Source: Tubulanus polymorphus (taxonomy: Eukaryota > Animalia > Nemertea). Taken from it: a DNA stretch of 64,000 bases. Positions 50,459 to 64,000 of the stretch are shown in pieces (position 1 is the first letter of the stretch; every line of letters starts with the position of its first letter). The position numbers and the translations under genes are program-made. The DNA is taken from assembly GCF_964204645.1 (NCBI RefSeq), contig NC_134025.1:19939101-20003100 (forward strand). Direction: 5' to 3'. Below the pieces are notes generated by a model that ran no database searches, was not told the origin of the DNA, and was given only the letters and a program-made list of their open reading frames with translations.

Positions 50459-51241
50459 TGTGTTCTAGGGAGTACCTTTTTGTGATGGTCCTTCTAACTC
50501 TATTTTGAAGTTATTTTGAAATCATTATGAAATAATTTACTAGAGTAGAATCGAAGATGTTGCCCTTACAATATTGCAATTCAATTTAATTTTATTGATG
50601 GTACCCAATACTTTTGGTGATTACAGATCCAAGCCACACAAAGACCGTCATTCCAAGCCACCGTATGAAAACACAATCCAAGCCAATCGAAAAATGCTAA
50701 CTAAAGAAGGAGATTGTATCTCGACCGAAGACATAGCATGACTCGAATTCAATTTTCGTAATTCATTAAATAGGTAACAAATTCAATTTCACTTTTGAAA
50801 TAAGATTACCCCCAATTTTAAGATTTATCTAAATTTCATAAATACTCTAACTCTAACTCAGCTTAACATCACTATAGGCGTTCTGATTAAACATATATGT
50901 ATAAATGTCTCGCACGCTAGACCGGGTTGAATCGGTTCAGCGAATAGGACGTCTCACACTCCACGGCTCCACGGTTTTATTTCGTGTGACCTCAGTTTCT
51001 AACCTATACGAAGGGACCTTTTTCACACTTGCGTAGATGATTTGCGTTGATACGGATTACGAATTCGAATTATTCATTGTTTGAATACAGGTTTTCATCT
51101 AGTGTATCTAAATAAGTATACTTATTGATATATAGGTCAGCAGACGTGTCCCAATACGTAACACTTGACGAGACACCGTGCAGTCAGCTGAGTCGTGTAA
51201 AGTGACAAGTATACGATTATCATTTAGCCAGAGCAGATATA

Positions 51242-54200
51242 ATGAATTGCTGTCGTAAAAAAGTGTCGGAATCTTATATCTCTGAATCTAAAAGAGATAA
51301 ACATGAAACGACTGAACGAGGATATTGGAGTCGAGATATAGAGTTTTTGTTGACTTGCATTGGGTGCGCAGTTGGTCTGGGAAACATTTGGCGTTTTCCA
51401 TACCTATGCATGCGAAATGGAGGAGGTAAATATAAACTCATATGGAATATATTTAAGGTTAATATTATGGAATTCATTTTTCCTAAGACATTTTACGTCA
51501 TTGGGAACAAGATAATGAGGCTACACGGGTCTAGAGTTAGGGTTAGCCTCGCATAAGAACTCGCCGAATTGAAAAAAATAGTTTAATTGTGATTGAAATT
51601 AATCCAGTATAAAATTCAGTGCACCAAAAATCATTTTCTAGCGCGTCAAAATGAATTTTTAGAGATAATTCACCGTTTTTTGTTCTCGGTTAGGCGCTCT
51701 AATACCTTCATATGCATATCAGGAAATTCACAATTATGGCGGCTGTACAGCCCAACGTTCCCTTAAAGAAAATATTTTATTGTATTGAATAATCCGATAT
51801 GTTTATTCTGAATGATAGACATATTGTGAACAAAATATTATTTTGTGTGACGACGATCGTAGAGCATTTCGATTATACTTTGTGAACCCATGCGATTTGA
51901 CAATGCATTGCTGTCTCCAGAATTGCGGTACCATTACGTTAAATAGACCATTCCATTAAGCATGACCACCTTTTCAGAATCCTCTAGACATCCCAAATCA
52001 CATTTACTGTGTTTTTACGATCTTTCTATTCTTCGCCTGCGGATAAGAATAAAAGTATTTTGCCGTCCAATCGTACAGCGTAACAAAGAATCTATCGGTA
52101 ATTGAGGTCGTCGATTGAAAAAGTTTTAACCAAAGAAATTTAACTTCCAAAATAACTATTGGTTATTTGCGTAACGTTCGAATTCAACATTGTAAATGGA
52201 ATCTCTTAACTTCAGTCAACATGTATAATCAAGAAGAAATGTTCACTTCTAATTATTTCCAGGTGCGTTTCTGATCCCGTATTTCATGTTTATGATTATT
52301 GCCGGAATTCCACTTTGTTTAATGGAGATTGCATTGGGTCAGTTTTCAAATGAAAGTGCAACAACCGTGTTCAAAATATGTCCCTTATTTTCAGGTAGGA
52401 TTTTCCCGGTGTTTTCAGTTTCAATGTTACAGATAGAAGTATTTCCATGCTCCTTTTATTTTGTAGGTATTGGTTGGGGTATCCTGCTAATCAATTTTAT
52501 AATCATGATTTACTACAATACGATCATTGCATGGGTAATATACTATTTGGCATACGCGTTCAAAAGTTGGGAGCCGCTGTGGTCAAAATGTGACAACGAA
52601 TGGAATACGGAATTTTGTCGACTGCCAGGCGTTTCAGCCAAGAATTTATCATATTTCACCAATAACTCCACTCATCTTAATGCATCGACACAATATGACT
52701 TCAACAATATTTCGGTTTACAACTCAAAAACCACGGATTTAAAAACACATTCAGCTGGCGAAGAGTTCTGGCAGTAAGTAAAATATGAAATAATACATGG
52801 GCCTGTTTTTGCATTTGTATAATGCAAAAACTTATGGTTTCCATTATCTCATTTCTGCTGAAGGCAAGAAAGGTTATAAAAAAAGAAATTATTTTGAGAT
52901 TTGTTTTCATCGTTGAATATTTATTTGCAGATTTCACGTTTTGAATAAGAGTGCTGGTATCGGCGATTTAGGAAATTTGCGATGGCAACTTGTGCTGTGT
53001 TTGTTTGCAGCATGGGTCATCGTCTTTCTTTGTGTCATTAAAGGATTTAAATCGTCGGGGAAGGTTCGTTAGGCTTTCCAATGAGCTAGCGGACGAATTA
53101 TAAATTAGAAACTAAATGAACACTTACGTTGTGTTAGCACTTAGGGGTGGTGGAGAGTGGAGAACAGAAAGTGACGCTATCCATAACGCCATACTCCCAT
53201 AATTCTAAATTCAAGACGGCGGTTGTTTAAGGTTCCATAGTACAAAATGATTTGAAATCGACGTTTCGCGTGAACATGTCGAACAAAGGAAATGAAACCA
53301 GAAAATGTGATTGGGCATGAGCAATAAATACTAAAATCTAATATATCACATTATTCTTCTCATGAAAAACGAGCTTTCATTCCTCTGGGCCCAGTTTTCC
53401 CTGTTATACATCTTATTCAATGCATATATGCGTTGGAATATCACCGTTTCTATACATTTTTCAAAATTTCTAAATCCTTTTGACTTCAGCATATCTGGAG
53501 ATTTATAGGATATGGCAAAAAAGTTGAATAAGCCCCGGGAAACATTTCAGACCCCATCCTAAGTGTGGGATTTTCTATTGGCAAATTGGCAAAAACACTT
53601 CCAATGTGTAATACTACATACTACATTTCGCACACAATTATCTGCACTCTGAATAGAAATTTTATTTTTCTTCACAGCGGTGTCTCCGCATTCGTGTATG
53701 TCATTCTACAACAAAGGCAACAATATAATGACCGAAGGTGAATGAAGCAATCGACGTTGCTACGTATGTCGGAAATTTCCGTCCGTACAAATATCATTTT
53801 TGTTCATTCAAACTCAGCGAGTCTTAAAACATTTCGATTGTATACATGGTACGATTATAATCCCGACAACGACGATTGGCGCGAATATAGTTTACGAGTC
53901 GTGTCACATTTGCCCAGTGACACGCCATGTGTATTAGTGCCTCCCTGCGCTAACTTAACGCAGATTCACAATTCGGGTCAATATCCGCATGCGCATACGG
54001 ACAGGTTGTGACGCTGAGCGTGAAGAAATCTTGGGTGGTGTATAGATTAATGAACGGTCTGCGGTCATAGGGTTTGTGTAGGGATGTTTCATAGGGGTAT
54101 GACCGATGAATTGCTAAACAAATGCGGGCAGAGGGCTTATATTTCTGAATTCGTTTCAGCAGGGCCCAAAAATATTAGAACAGATTATAAAACTTTGGTT

Positions 54201-57200
54201 TGATGGTCATTAGAAATATCAAAGAATGATATGACCGCGTTTTCGTTTTCAGCCCAAATTAGATAAATAAAAACACCAAAGAATGTACTATTTACATTAA
54301 AGACGCAAAAATACTGCATGTAAAATAAAAATAAAGTGTATAATTATGTTTTCGGATCAAAGGTCGAAGGTCGAGCTCATAGAATTCTTTATATTTATTT
54401 ATTATATTTAATGTTATAAATCTAAATCATTTTACTGACACTTTACTCACACTTTTATAATTAATGTATATATAATTATTTCTCTATATTTAATATTATA
54501 AATCTAAATTATTTTGCTAGCACTTTACTCACACTTTTGTAATTTACTCGTCACTTTTTTATAATTAGAAATTGATTTTTTTCGAAATCTATATCACGAC
54601 ATCCTTTTTCATTCTTACCTTTATATATGAAATAGAAATCACCAGAACATAATTCTTCAATATCTTCACTAGATAATCTATGAAATCTATCTGGTAAATA
54701 CGTTCTGAATTCATATCTATTTCCTTTTAATCCTTCATATTCTAAATGTTTCACTAATTTATTACCATATCTATTAGTAATTGTTTCAATATTTGTAATT
54801 GAATATTTCTTAGTTCTGTTAACGTTTTAGATTTACAATCTACAGATTTGGCACTTGTAGTATCTTTAATCCTTTTAATAAAGTTTATATTGTTTTGTGA
54901 TTGTTTACTATATACATATTTTTTTATCAAAGTTAAAATTATTATATCATATTTTGGGTATTCATTTTATATATCTTAATATTTCTTTTTTATATTATAA
55001 AATTATTCAAATGAAATATTTCAATAAATATTAGAGTAAGTGTATAATTATGTTTTCAGATTGAAGGTTGAAGGTTGAGTGAATAAGATAAAAATAAATT
55101 CGAGCTTGCTAGCTTTATCTATTCTATGAGCTCGACCTTCGAATGGTATCTAAAAAGGGCATATTTTTTTATCAAAGTTAAAATTATTATATCATATTTT
55201 GGGTATTCATTTTATATATCTTAATATTTCTTTTTTATATTATAAAATTATTCAAATGAAATATTTCAATAAATATTAGAGTAAGTGTATAATTATGTTT
55301 TCAGATTGAAGGTTGAAGGTTGAGTGAATAAGATAAAAATAAATTCGAGCTTGCTAGCTTTATCTATTCTATGAGCTCGACCTTCGAATGGTATCTAAAA
55401 AGGGCTTTTGGCCCCACAAATAAATTCAACTCGCTTCCTAACCCTTTTCTTGCCGTCCATTCAATAGAATATAACATAAATTGTATCTATCTTTTTCGTA
55501 CAAAAAGCTGTGACAATGTAAATGAAAAGTATTGATCCCGTGTCAAATCATGTTCTAAGGCTTCATTTCTTTGTTCGAAATATTCACGAAAAAACTGATT
55601 GATTTGAATTTCAACCATCAATAGATTTTTTGCTTATAACTGGAATTTTAACCGCCGTCTTTGATTTGTAATGGTAGAAGTATGACTCCATGGATGACAT
55701 CACTTTCTGCTCTCCACCTGCACACTGCCCTGAAGTTCCAACATTAAAACTACTCACATATTTCCAGGTTGTGTATGTGACTGCTACTCTGCCGTACATA
55801 TTTTTGACGATAATTCTTATCAGAGGTTTGACGCTGCCCGGTTCCCTTGAGGGCATCTTATTCTTCATATCACCTGACTGGGATAAGATGTTGTCATTTC
55901 AGGTAAAAAGGAGCCGAAGAATTGGCTATACAACCTTTGAGACTTTTGCTATTTGCTTCACAAACCGATCCTTCATACTGTACATGAACTCATTTTTAGG
56001 TATGGTGCGAAGCTTGTTTGCAAATTTTCTACTCACTGGGGCCGGGTTGGGGAGTTCTGATAACTATGTCAAGCTACAACAGATTCCATCATAATTTCTA
56101 TAGGTATGTTCATTGAGAGGAAAGCAAATTGAAGTGAGAATGATATATCTTGGATTACATTTCAAAGCTTATTCCATGGTCCATGGTAGAAATACATTAT
56201 GTTGACAAAATTGTATCAATATTTCATTTAGGGACGCCGTCATTTTCCCCATTGTCAACTGTTGCACCAGCTTCTTTGCCGGTTTCGTTGTATTTTCTAT
56301 TATTGGTCATATTGCCCACGAAGGAAATGTGTCGGTAAGCGAAGCTATAACTTCAGGTAAGTTTGATGGCTGTTGATAAAATCTCTCCCGAAAATAATTG
56401 AGAATGATTTTGATTGTTCATTAATTTGTTTATATTACTATTTGTTTATGAAACTATTTATTTTCAGGACCGGGACTAGCTTTCGTAGCCTATCCGGAAG
56501 CCCTGTCAAAGATACCGGGAGCTGCGATTTGGTCTGTACTTTTCTTCTTCATGTTGTTGACAGTTGGTCTCGATAGTCAAGTAAGTGATAATGTGACATG
56601 AACAAACATGTGACATACTGCAAATTCTAGTTTTTAATTTAAAGGTTTCAGTTTACGTTTTGAGGAGTGCGTTTATGTAGCTGAATCAAAAACCTTCTGT
56701 TCTTCTGACAGAATTTGGTTTTTTATTCACTTATTAAGACTACTACCAGCATTTAAAGACCACTTCTTCTCGGAAAAACATTTGATCCTTGCTGTAAACA
56801 TTTTGACGATTTGAAAAAACCGTTTATTTCTTATGTCTGACTAATAACAAACCTTACTGCGTAAAAACAGATCTTACCGATTAAAAACAAATTATTATAC
56901 GATGAATCTATAACGTTCAGGATCAATAAAGTGATATTATTTTGAGTGTGAATATGTAGATAATTGAATTGAATTGACCGACAACCAGTCTAGCGCCGAT
57001 TAGTTCATGACGTATGTAGTGCAAATCAATTCACATACGACACTTAACGCGTAGTAGTTGTAAATGTATAAAAACTTTAATACATCGTTTTTTTGCGTCA
57101 AAAAGCCTTCTGTAATGAGATCAAAAATATTATCGCAATTTTCTGCGAGTATTTTTCTTACGGATAAAGATTCAACTTTTAAGATTTTTTGGAAGAATTC

Positions 57201-60200
57201 ATTTCCAGATATTAACTTCGAGCAGAATATTGAATGGAATTATGTTGCATTTCGGTCGTATATACGTCTTACAAAAGAATACCGTGCATGCTATTTTCTT
57301 GACAAGAAATGAATTTCTGTTGAAAGTTCGCTTTTGCGCGTTCTCGTGGAGGGTGAAATCTTTATATATATATAAACACATAGTATCTTTCTACTGGTTA
57401 ATAAGACTTAATTTGGTTTTGATTGAATATAAAGGACGGATTCAATTACTCTTTCCACAGTTTGATTATTCCAAGGTTAAATAGAGAAATATATCATAAA
57501 ATTCAGATATATACTAGCCTACTTAAAAGATACGTAATGTCATGTATTGTACTAGCAGTTTTAAAAGGCTGAACTCGTTCGATTGATAACAGGATCAAAT
57601 TGATAAGATGACTAAATCGTCGTATTTGGCAATTACATCTAAAAGAACGAAGAGAATAAATTTCAAACGTCATCTGGAAGAGACCGATTTTGAGAAAATT
57701 CTATCAAATTCCAGTTTGTCTTTGTTGAAACAGTTGTAAGTGGAATTATCGACAAGTTTCCAGGTACTCTCCAAAGTAGAAGATTAACTGTTTTGACCGT
57801 TGCCGTTGTTGCAGCGTTCTTAGTTGGACTTATATTCGTTTCGGAGGTAAGAACTGTCATGATATGTCATGTTTAATTGGCTCATATCTATTATTCATTT
57901 GATGTTCACAAACGCTACTATCTGAAGCGATCTGCCTTTTCTATAGCTTCCTTAAGGTGTTTGGGTCTTGTGATATAAGAATATCTATCAATTGTCTCTT
58001 CAATTGATTTGATTTCTGAAAAATATCGATGCTAGAAAAACTAGGAGTCATTTTGGGAAATGCTCGATAATCTGGCAATTTCAATTTCCAACGCCCTCTG
58101 GTGAACAAATACAGTAATCAATGACCTTGAAACAATGGTTACAAAGTATGCATAAGATGTACCGATTTACATGAAAATGTAATGTTGTTCCACATTAGTG
58201 GTCATTAATTGACAGTTGCCTTTTTTATTTATATTATGCTGCACGCGCTTGATGGCCAACGTGATGCGCTAAATATGATGTGAATAACGGACTCTGTCTT
58301 GATGTGCAAATGCGTTAATACCCGGTAATGGGAATGATAAGAATATTGAAAGTTTTGAAAATAGTTTTCTAATTTTTCATCACGCTTCTCCATATATTGA
58401 CTTAACTGACAATGATCGTTGCGACCTGTGGCTGGCCAAAAATGCATACAGATCACACTACAGTACTACCGTTCTAACCCATAGCTACCCACTTCTTTGT
58501 TATAACCTTCCAATCATCTAGTGCGTTGCTCCCCGGATGTGCAAATGTAATGTGTAATTACCCGGCACAGGGAATCATGAAAATATGATATGGCTGATTC
58601 TATACGGCTGGAGCAACGATAACAAAATTTTCACAGTGGCCCTTTTTGGTTTTCTCGCGCGAGAATTCAAAAAGTTTTGAATTCTCGCGCAGGAAAAAAA
58701 AATGGGCCATTGTAAAAAATTTTAGCCAGTCAGAAAAATTTTTCAAACCAAAATGTTTAGTTTTCTCGCGCGAGAAAACCAAAAGTTTTGAATTCTCGCG
58801 CGAGAAAACCAAAAGTTTTGAATTCTCGCGCGAGAAAACCAAAATGTTTAGTTTTGTCGCGCGAGAAAACCAAAAGTTTTGAATTCTCGCGCGAGAAAAC
58901 CAAACTTTTTGAATTCTCGCGCGAGAAAACCAAACTTTTTGAATTCTCGCGCGAGAAAATCAAATGTTTTGAATTCTCGCGCGAGAAAACCAAAATGTTT
59001 TGAATTCTCGCGCGAGAAAACCAAAAGTTTTGAATTCTCGTGCGAGAATGCCAAAAAACGGGCCAATGTGAAAAATTTTCATCGGTGCTTTAGGCGTACA
59101 GAAAAATTTTTTAGTATGGCCCGAATCAGCCACCATAGTTTCGAGCACAAATGATCAAAAATGTTCACCGGTCACAAACTTGACTTTTAATTTTCATCTA
59201 CTCTCTAGGCCGGGGTTTACTGGTTCCAGATCGTCGACTGGTATAGCTGTTCCTTTACCGTTCTCGTTATAGCAATATTAGAGTGTGTCATAGTTTGCTT
59301 TATTTACGGTAAAATTCTACCTATTATATTCCACGAAAAGAAAATAGTTTAATCTTCACTCTATTTCTTCTCTTCGTTTTTATGTCCGTAGGTATTGATA
59401 GGTTTTACTGCGATATTAAACTCATGTTAGGAAAGAGCCCATTCGTTTTATGGAAAGTGTGTTGGTGCTTTTTGACTCCGGTTGCCTTGCTGGTAAGTAA
59501 TGTCACAAGCGGATAAGCATGAATCTATCAAATAGATAAGTAACTAATCGAATGAATTTTTCAGATATTTCTTCTTTACTCATATATCAACTTGAAGGCG
59601 CCCACATACGGGGGATATTCGTATCCAGGCTGGGCAGTTGGCTTTGGTTGGTCGCTCGCGGCTCTGTCGTGTCTTCCGATTCTCTGTGCACTTGTAAAAG
59701 AGCTCATCGTCAATGAAGGAAATCTCATAAAGGTGAATTCGAAAATAATGAATAATCGATCCCCCTGAATAAAATCTCAAGGAATAATGATTATAATGAT
59801 TATTTGGAACTTTAAAGAAAGACTACGTGCGCTCCTTTATTGAAAAAGATCTAAATACTGTTTAATACGTAATTGTCAAACCTAGTAGCAAAATTCAAAC
59901 TATGTCCGTAGATAGAATTATAGTGAACATGAAAAAATTAATCCGCTGACTCAAGTAAACGCAGAGGAAACAGCGCTGAAACTCGCAATGAAAATAGACA
60001 CCCTGCAATGAAATAGCTGTCGAGTGAAAACTCGGCAAGATATCTTTTAAGTTCAAACTCTATTTGAAAGGGGGGCATCTACGCGAAGACTTCTTGAAAT
60101 GATAGAAAATGATTTTGAAAAATAGATTTTCATGAAGTTGAGTACCTTGAGCGTGTTTTTATGCGTATGACAGGAATTTGCCACGATTTTTTATATCGCT

Positions 60201-60637
60201 CTCATGTCGCACTGTTCGTCAAAAGGACCAATGAAATAGGATAAAACACGCATCGTAAATATTTTTAGAGAAGAGAAACAACAACCAAACGATGCAGGAC
60301 AACAGTACCCTAACAAATTAATGGCTAGCAAAGTGGTTTATTTGATGAGTCCTACTTTAAAAGTTGGCTGTGTCCTAATTTGGAATTTGTGTTCCGCTTA
60401 CCTAACGCTCAGACGTTCGTATAATGTATGATATTTTTCTTACTAAGGCTTGTCTCTAATCTGAATGTTAAATTTTGAATTTCACAGAGATTGAAAAGAG
60501 CCTGTAAGCCTGATTCCACATGGGGACCTAAAATTGACCAGGCAGCAATGAGGCAACATGATTACCAAATGACAGAAGATGATGCAAAACTCGTTCAACA
60601 AGCCAAATTGTCGTTAATTGCTGAAGAAAATTTATGA
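51242..60637 (+). CDS. SLC6 Na+/Cl--dependent amino-acid transporter (GlyT/ATB0,+-like), 13 exons, ~627 aa
   Basis: Exons 51242-51425, 52263-52394, 52467-52773, 52931-53063, 55768-55902, 56000-56103, 56232-56356, 56468-56580, 57715-57846, 59209-59308, 59392-59492, 59565-59732, 60488-60637 sum to 1884 nt. Internal exon sizes are identical to the minus-strand paralogue. Motifs [41 protein letters not shown]. Confidence 0.92.
54333..55404. mobile_element. Second AT-rich element related to 48989..50458, with ends in the opposite orientation and a ~245-bp tandem duplication of its right end
   Basis: GAAGGTCGAGCTCATAGAAT (~54367) is inverted to ATTCTATGAGCTCGACCTTC (~55121 and ~55366). It shares the GGTCGAGCTCAT, TATTAGAGTAA and AAAAGTGTGAGTAA motifs with the first element. 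54915-55159 is repeated at 55160-55404. Confidence 0.5.
58584..59137. mobile_element. IS3EU-like element carrying a ~31-bp tandem array (CTCGCGCGAGAAAACCAAAAGTTTTGAATT)
   Basis: Right end TATGGCCCGAATCAGCCACCATA matches the 29528 TIR family; the left end TGGCTGATTC is degenerate. About 10 palindrome-containing units at 58760-59050. Confidence 0.7.
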
Positions 60638-61264
60638 ACCAAGAAACGTCCATGAGATATGCGTATACTTCTTCAAAATATTTATGGTTATGCACATTTT
60701 GGCACATGATTACGAAACCGTCCTTAGGATATTATTGTTTTTTTTATAGCATTTTATTCGATTCTATTAGATTGTTGTCCATCATTCACTGGTTAAAAAC
60801 TGTTTTCTTCATTATACCATTCTAAATCTTCGAACGAAAGATAACTGTCGATTGCGGAACAATCGATTCATCCAAAAACCCGTCCGTTAAGGATCCCCTG
60901 ACAAAGTATCACCTATCTTAAGTCTCAATGTAATGATATGTCTGTCTATTTTTCAAAAGCGTGTCAAAACTTAGCTAAAATCAGGATTTTGCGGATGGAC
61001 ACAAAACGGCAAAAAGTAGATTTCATAGCGTGTTATAGTTTTAGCTTTTCAAACTAGTGTCATTTTCTACAAGAAGCTATACCTTTCAGAAGTTCACTTA
61101 CTAGGAGTGAAACTAAGATACTAGGAAAATCTATAGAAAAATATTTTCCTCGAAGATACTTAAACCAAACGCACGCAACGCAAAGAAAAAGTTGCTTTAA
61201 AAAGTTTTTATAGTTAGCCACTGTTTAGAAAAAAACAGTGTAAAGATGCTTAGATCTCGAAAAA

Positions 61265-61460
61265 TTTGTTTATTATAGACTTAATACCTCTGGCGGACGA
61301 CCATTCACATTTCTTGCTCCCACCCTTTCGCATGGTCTACCTAAAATATTCGTCATGAACCCGACCTAGATAAATTCAATAGACTCCTAAAACCTGTTTA
61401 CTGGATTACTTTAAAGCGCTTTGAACATCGAATCAGTGAAATTGGCGCTATATGAATTGT
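61265..61460 (+). mobile_element. 3' tail of an L2-type LINE
   Basis: Degenerate GGRPFTFLAPTL..GLP (consensus GxRAFSxxAPxLWNxLP), followed by an AAAGCGCTTTGA...GGCGCTATATGAA tail. Confidence 0.5.
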
Positions 61461-61932
61461 ATCTCATCTCCATCATAAAGTGATTTTAAGTGGTAATTTA
61501 CTATCATTATTACTATTAAAAATTGAAATTGAAATAATTTTTGCTCAGGGCTTCCTCAAAATGGTAACGGAAAACAACACCTTTAAGTAGTAGGTAAAAT
61601 ATTTCATCATAATTGCAGTTTGTCCCATAGTATATGTATGTATGGAGTCAATAAAAAGCACATTAAAAGAAAGCCAATATTTGTTTGTATTAGTAAAGGT
61701 TAATGTGCATTCACTACGAATCTGGATTTTCAACTCTTTGATTCCTGTTTTAACATTTGGATGTGAGTTTTTTAAATTTGGCCCTCTGGAGAGAGTGCAA
61801 AATAATCATTTTTGCCACAGAAACAACCAGAAGACATGTTTGGACGTTAAGGCCAAGCGCCCTAGCTGCGTGACGTTTATTATACAAAACATAAAACGTA
61901 GAAATACAAAAACCATAACAAAATAACATTTA

Positions 61933-62454
61933 GGGGCCGTGCATAAAGTACGTACGCTTGACTTCCGGGTATTTTTAACCCCCTCCCCCTTGTACGCTCA
62001 TTGTACGTTTTTTTATAACCCCCCCTTGCGTACATACTTTTAGGGGTAACCCCCCCCCCAGTAAAACAGAATTTTCAGGAATAATGGTTTAAAGAAGGCA
62101 AAATCCACCCTGATTCAACAGAGTTCCTGCTGACGTTGATCAATGATCTTCCATGGCGACGAAATGAAAGACTGAAAGTGGGGAATTCCCGAGATCCAAA
62201 TAAAATATATTGAATGCAACAAACCCAGGGAGACCGGTTTCGCAATTAAGGCAGTGTTTGCTATACATTAAAGGAAGATAGGTTTACCCACAGACATATG
62301 TTTCGTGCACAAAGTACGTACTATTAATATTAACCCTCCCCCCTTGGAAAGTATGTACGTTTTTAGCTGACCCCTCCCCTCCCCCCTGTACGCTTTTGTA
62401 CGGATTTTAAGAACCCCCACCCCCTACGGACGTACGTACTTTATGCACGGCCCC
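61933..62454. mobile_element. PIF/Harbinger (Tourist-like) MITE with TTA TSD
   Basis: TTA|GGGGCCGTGCATAAAGTACGTACG ... CGTACGTACTTTATGCACGGCCCC|TTA: a perfect 24-bp TIR. Confidence 0.9.
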
Positions 62455-63559
62455 TTAGACAATGATATTATCAATTAGAAATCATTAAATTATGGCCCAA
62501 ACGCCCTAGCTGTTTGACCTAGATAATGAATTAATACACCTTAGTGGGCTAAGAAAGTTCCAACATTGTGCCCTTTATGCGACCACTAGCTGATATGTGA
62601 CGATAAACTAAAAGAGAGGACCGAATCGAAAGGTACTAAGGAAGAGGATGGTGGATGGTAAAACGCAACCTGTCACAATCGAGATGCAGAAGAGAAAGGA
62701 ATGTTAAACCAACAGGGATTGACTGGAAAACAGATAACTTAAAGGATTCTCATTGGGCGGAGGTGAAAATAAATTGTTTGTTCATTTTTTCGCCGAATTC
62801 GTTTCACAGACGGGAATAGAAAAAAATAAAGTCTATTTTTATGACTTATCTTCAAATTTCGGAGGCGGCTTAACTCGGCCACAACTCGGAAAAAAGTTTT
62901 CTCAGTTAAAAGCGATTTTGGCAGGTTTATTCCGATTAACAGACTAGACTTCGAATATGAGGTCCATATCATTGGTTGGTGCCGGGATCAATTCATGTAT
63001 TTGAACGGAGATTCTCTCCTCACAACAACGGACCTAACTGTTTCCTCGAGGTCCAGAAAGAACGGAACGAATTACACGACTATACTTGCAATCGGCCCCT
63101 CAGTACTAGTTGAAAGTACTAGTTTATTTCATCCCCAAATCAGATACAATACAGTTGACATGGATCATATGGTTCATTATGATAATGATATGTCTTTATT
63201 TCGTACAAAAAGTACAGACTATAGGAGAAAAAGAGAATACAAAAATACAAAAATGCACATTCAATTTGAAAAACCTATTTACATGCATAATAATTTAAGG
63301 ACATAGATTTAAAGTTACGTGCAGGCTACATGACTTAGCACATACAATAATGGTTGATTAGGTCTTTTATCTCATTTTTGTTAAATTGAAAGTCAGGGGA
63401 TGGATAAAATAGTGCATAAACCAAAGTCAAAGATATGCTGGGCTGCTTCAATATATTCAACTGTGGGTAGTGAGAGCTGGATATCAGGAATAATGGTTTA
63501 AAATAGAAATGTGTTAAATTTGTATCTACTAGAAATATGATTCAAACTGTTACTGACAG

Positions 63560-64000
63560 GCGAATTACTACCATAAAAAGCAAGGCTGCCACAAAAACTT
63601 AATATTGGGTTATCTCAATTGATACATGATTGAAGAAATTTCCAAAATCTGCGGTGGAGTTATCAACAACTAAGGATGAATAATTTTTAGTAGAACTACC
63701 AAATACCATATAAGCGCTTTTCACAGCATTAAAAAGCAAGTCATATTCAATAGCGAAATCATCACAGGTTTCATACATTGCTTTAGCTGCGTGTTTACCA
63801 GGAGCAAGTAAGGTGACATCATCTATATAGCCACTGGCTCCAACATATTGGTTTCCGATGTAGCAGCCAATGCCAATCTTTTTACGGTCACAAAGCAAAA
63901 TGTCAATGTATATATTAAATAGTATAGGGGATAAGACTCCGCCTTGTTTTACAACATTGCTAGCATCGAATAAACTAGAATGACATCCGTTCCATGATAT
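63560..64000 (-). mobile_element. Non-LTR retrotransposon RT fragment (RTE-X/L2-like), cut by the window end
   Basis: KQGGVLSPILFNIYIDILL...GIGCYIGNQYVGASGYIDDVTLLAP...FNAVKS; the YADD motif is altered to YIDD. Confidence 0.85.

Noticed and set aside
53138-54280. Possible transposon or nested gene (ORF 53742..54011) in SLC6 intron 4
   Set aside because: No identifiable termini or protein motif.
58600-59154. CRISPR-like array of ~31-bp palindromic repeats and overlapping ORFs
   Set aside because: The units abut with no unique spacers, there are no cas genes, the context is eukaryotic, and the array lies inside a TIR element in an SLC6 intron.

Overview
AT-rich animal genomic DNA with spliceosomal GT-AG introns; the gene content suggests a marine invertebrate, probably a lophotrochozoan (inference). 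Reconstructed by hand from left to right: (1) a two-exon, ~1068-aa Roco-type GTPase whose Roc domain is interrupted by a ~270-aa multi-pass membrane bundle and which ends in a spliced-on TIR domain (Roc[TM]-COR-TIR), the most unusual feature of the window; (2) a 5-exon calmodulin-like gene with a degenerate C-lobe; (3) two head-to-head intronless orphan ORFs that share several motifs and look like distant paralogues; (4) a 6-exon secreted protein with three VWA domains; (5) an ~8.4-8.5 kb tandem duplication (27160-35670 / 35671-44061) carrying two intact intronless class-A GPCRs and the 3' part of an SLC6 gene, which has decayed in the left copy; (6) two complete 13-exon SLC6 amino-acid-transporter genes in head-to-head orientation, with a further pseudogene fragment between them. 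Interspersed are IS3EU-like, Harbinger-like and Tc1/pogo-like MITEs, LINE relics, a probable solo LTR, micro/minisatellites and two related AT-rich elements with hairpin ends. All coordinates and alignments were read by eye and no database searches were run.
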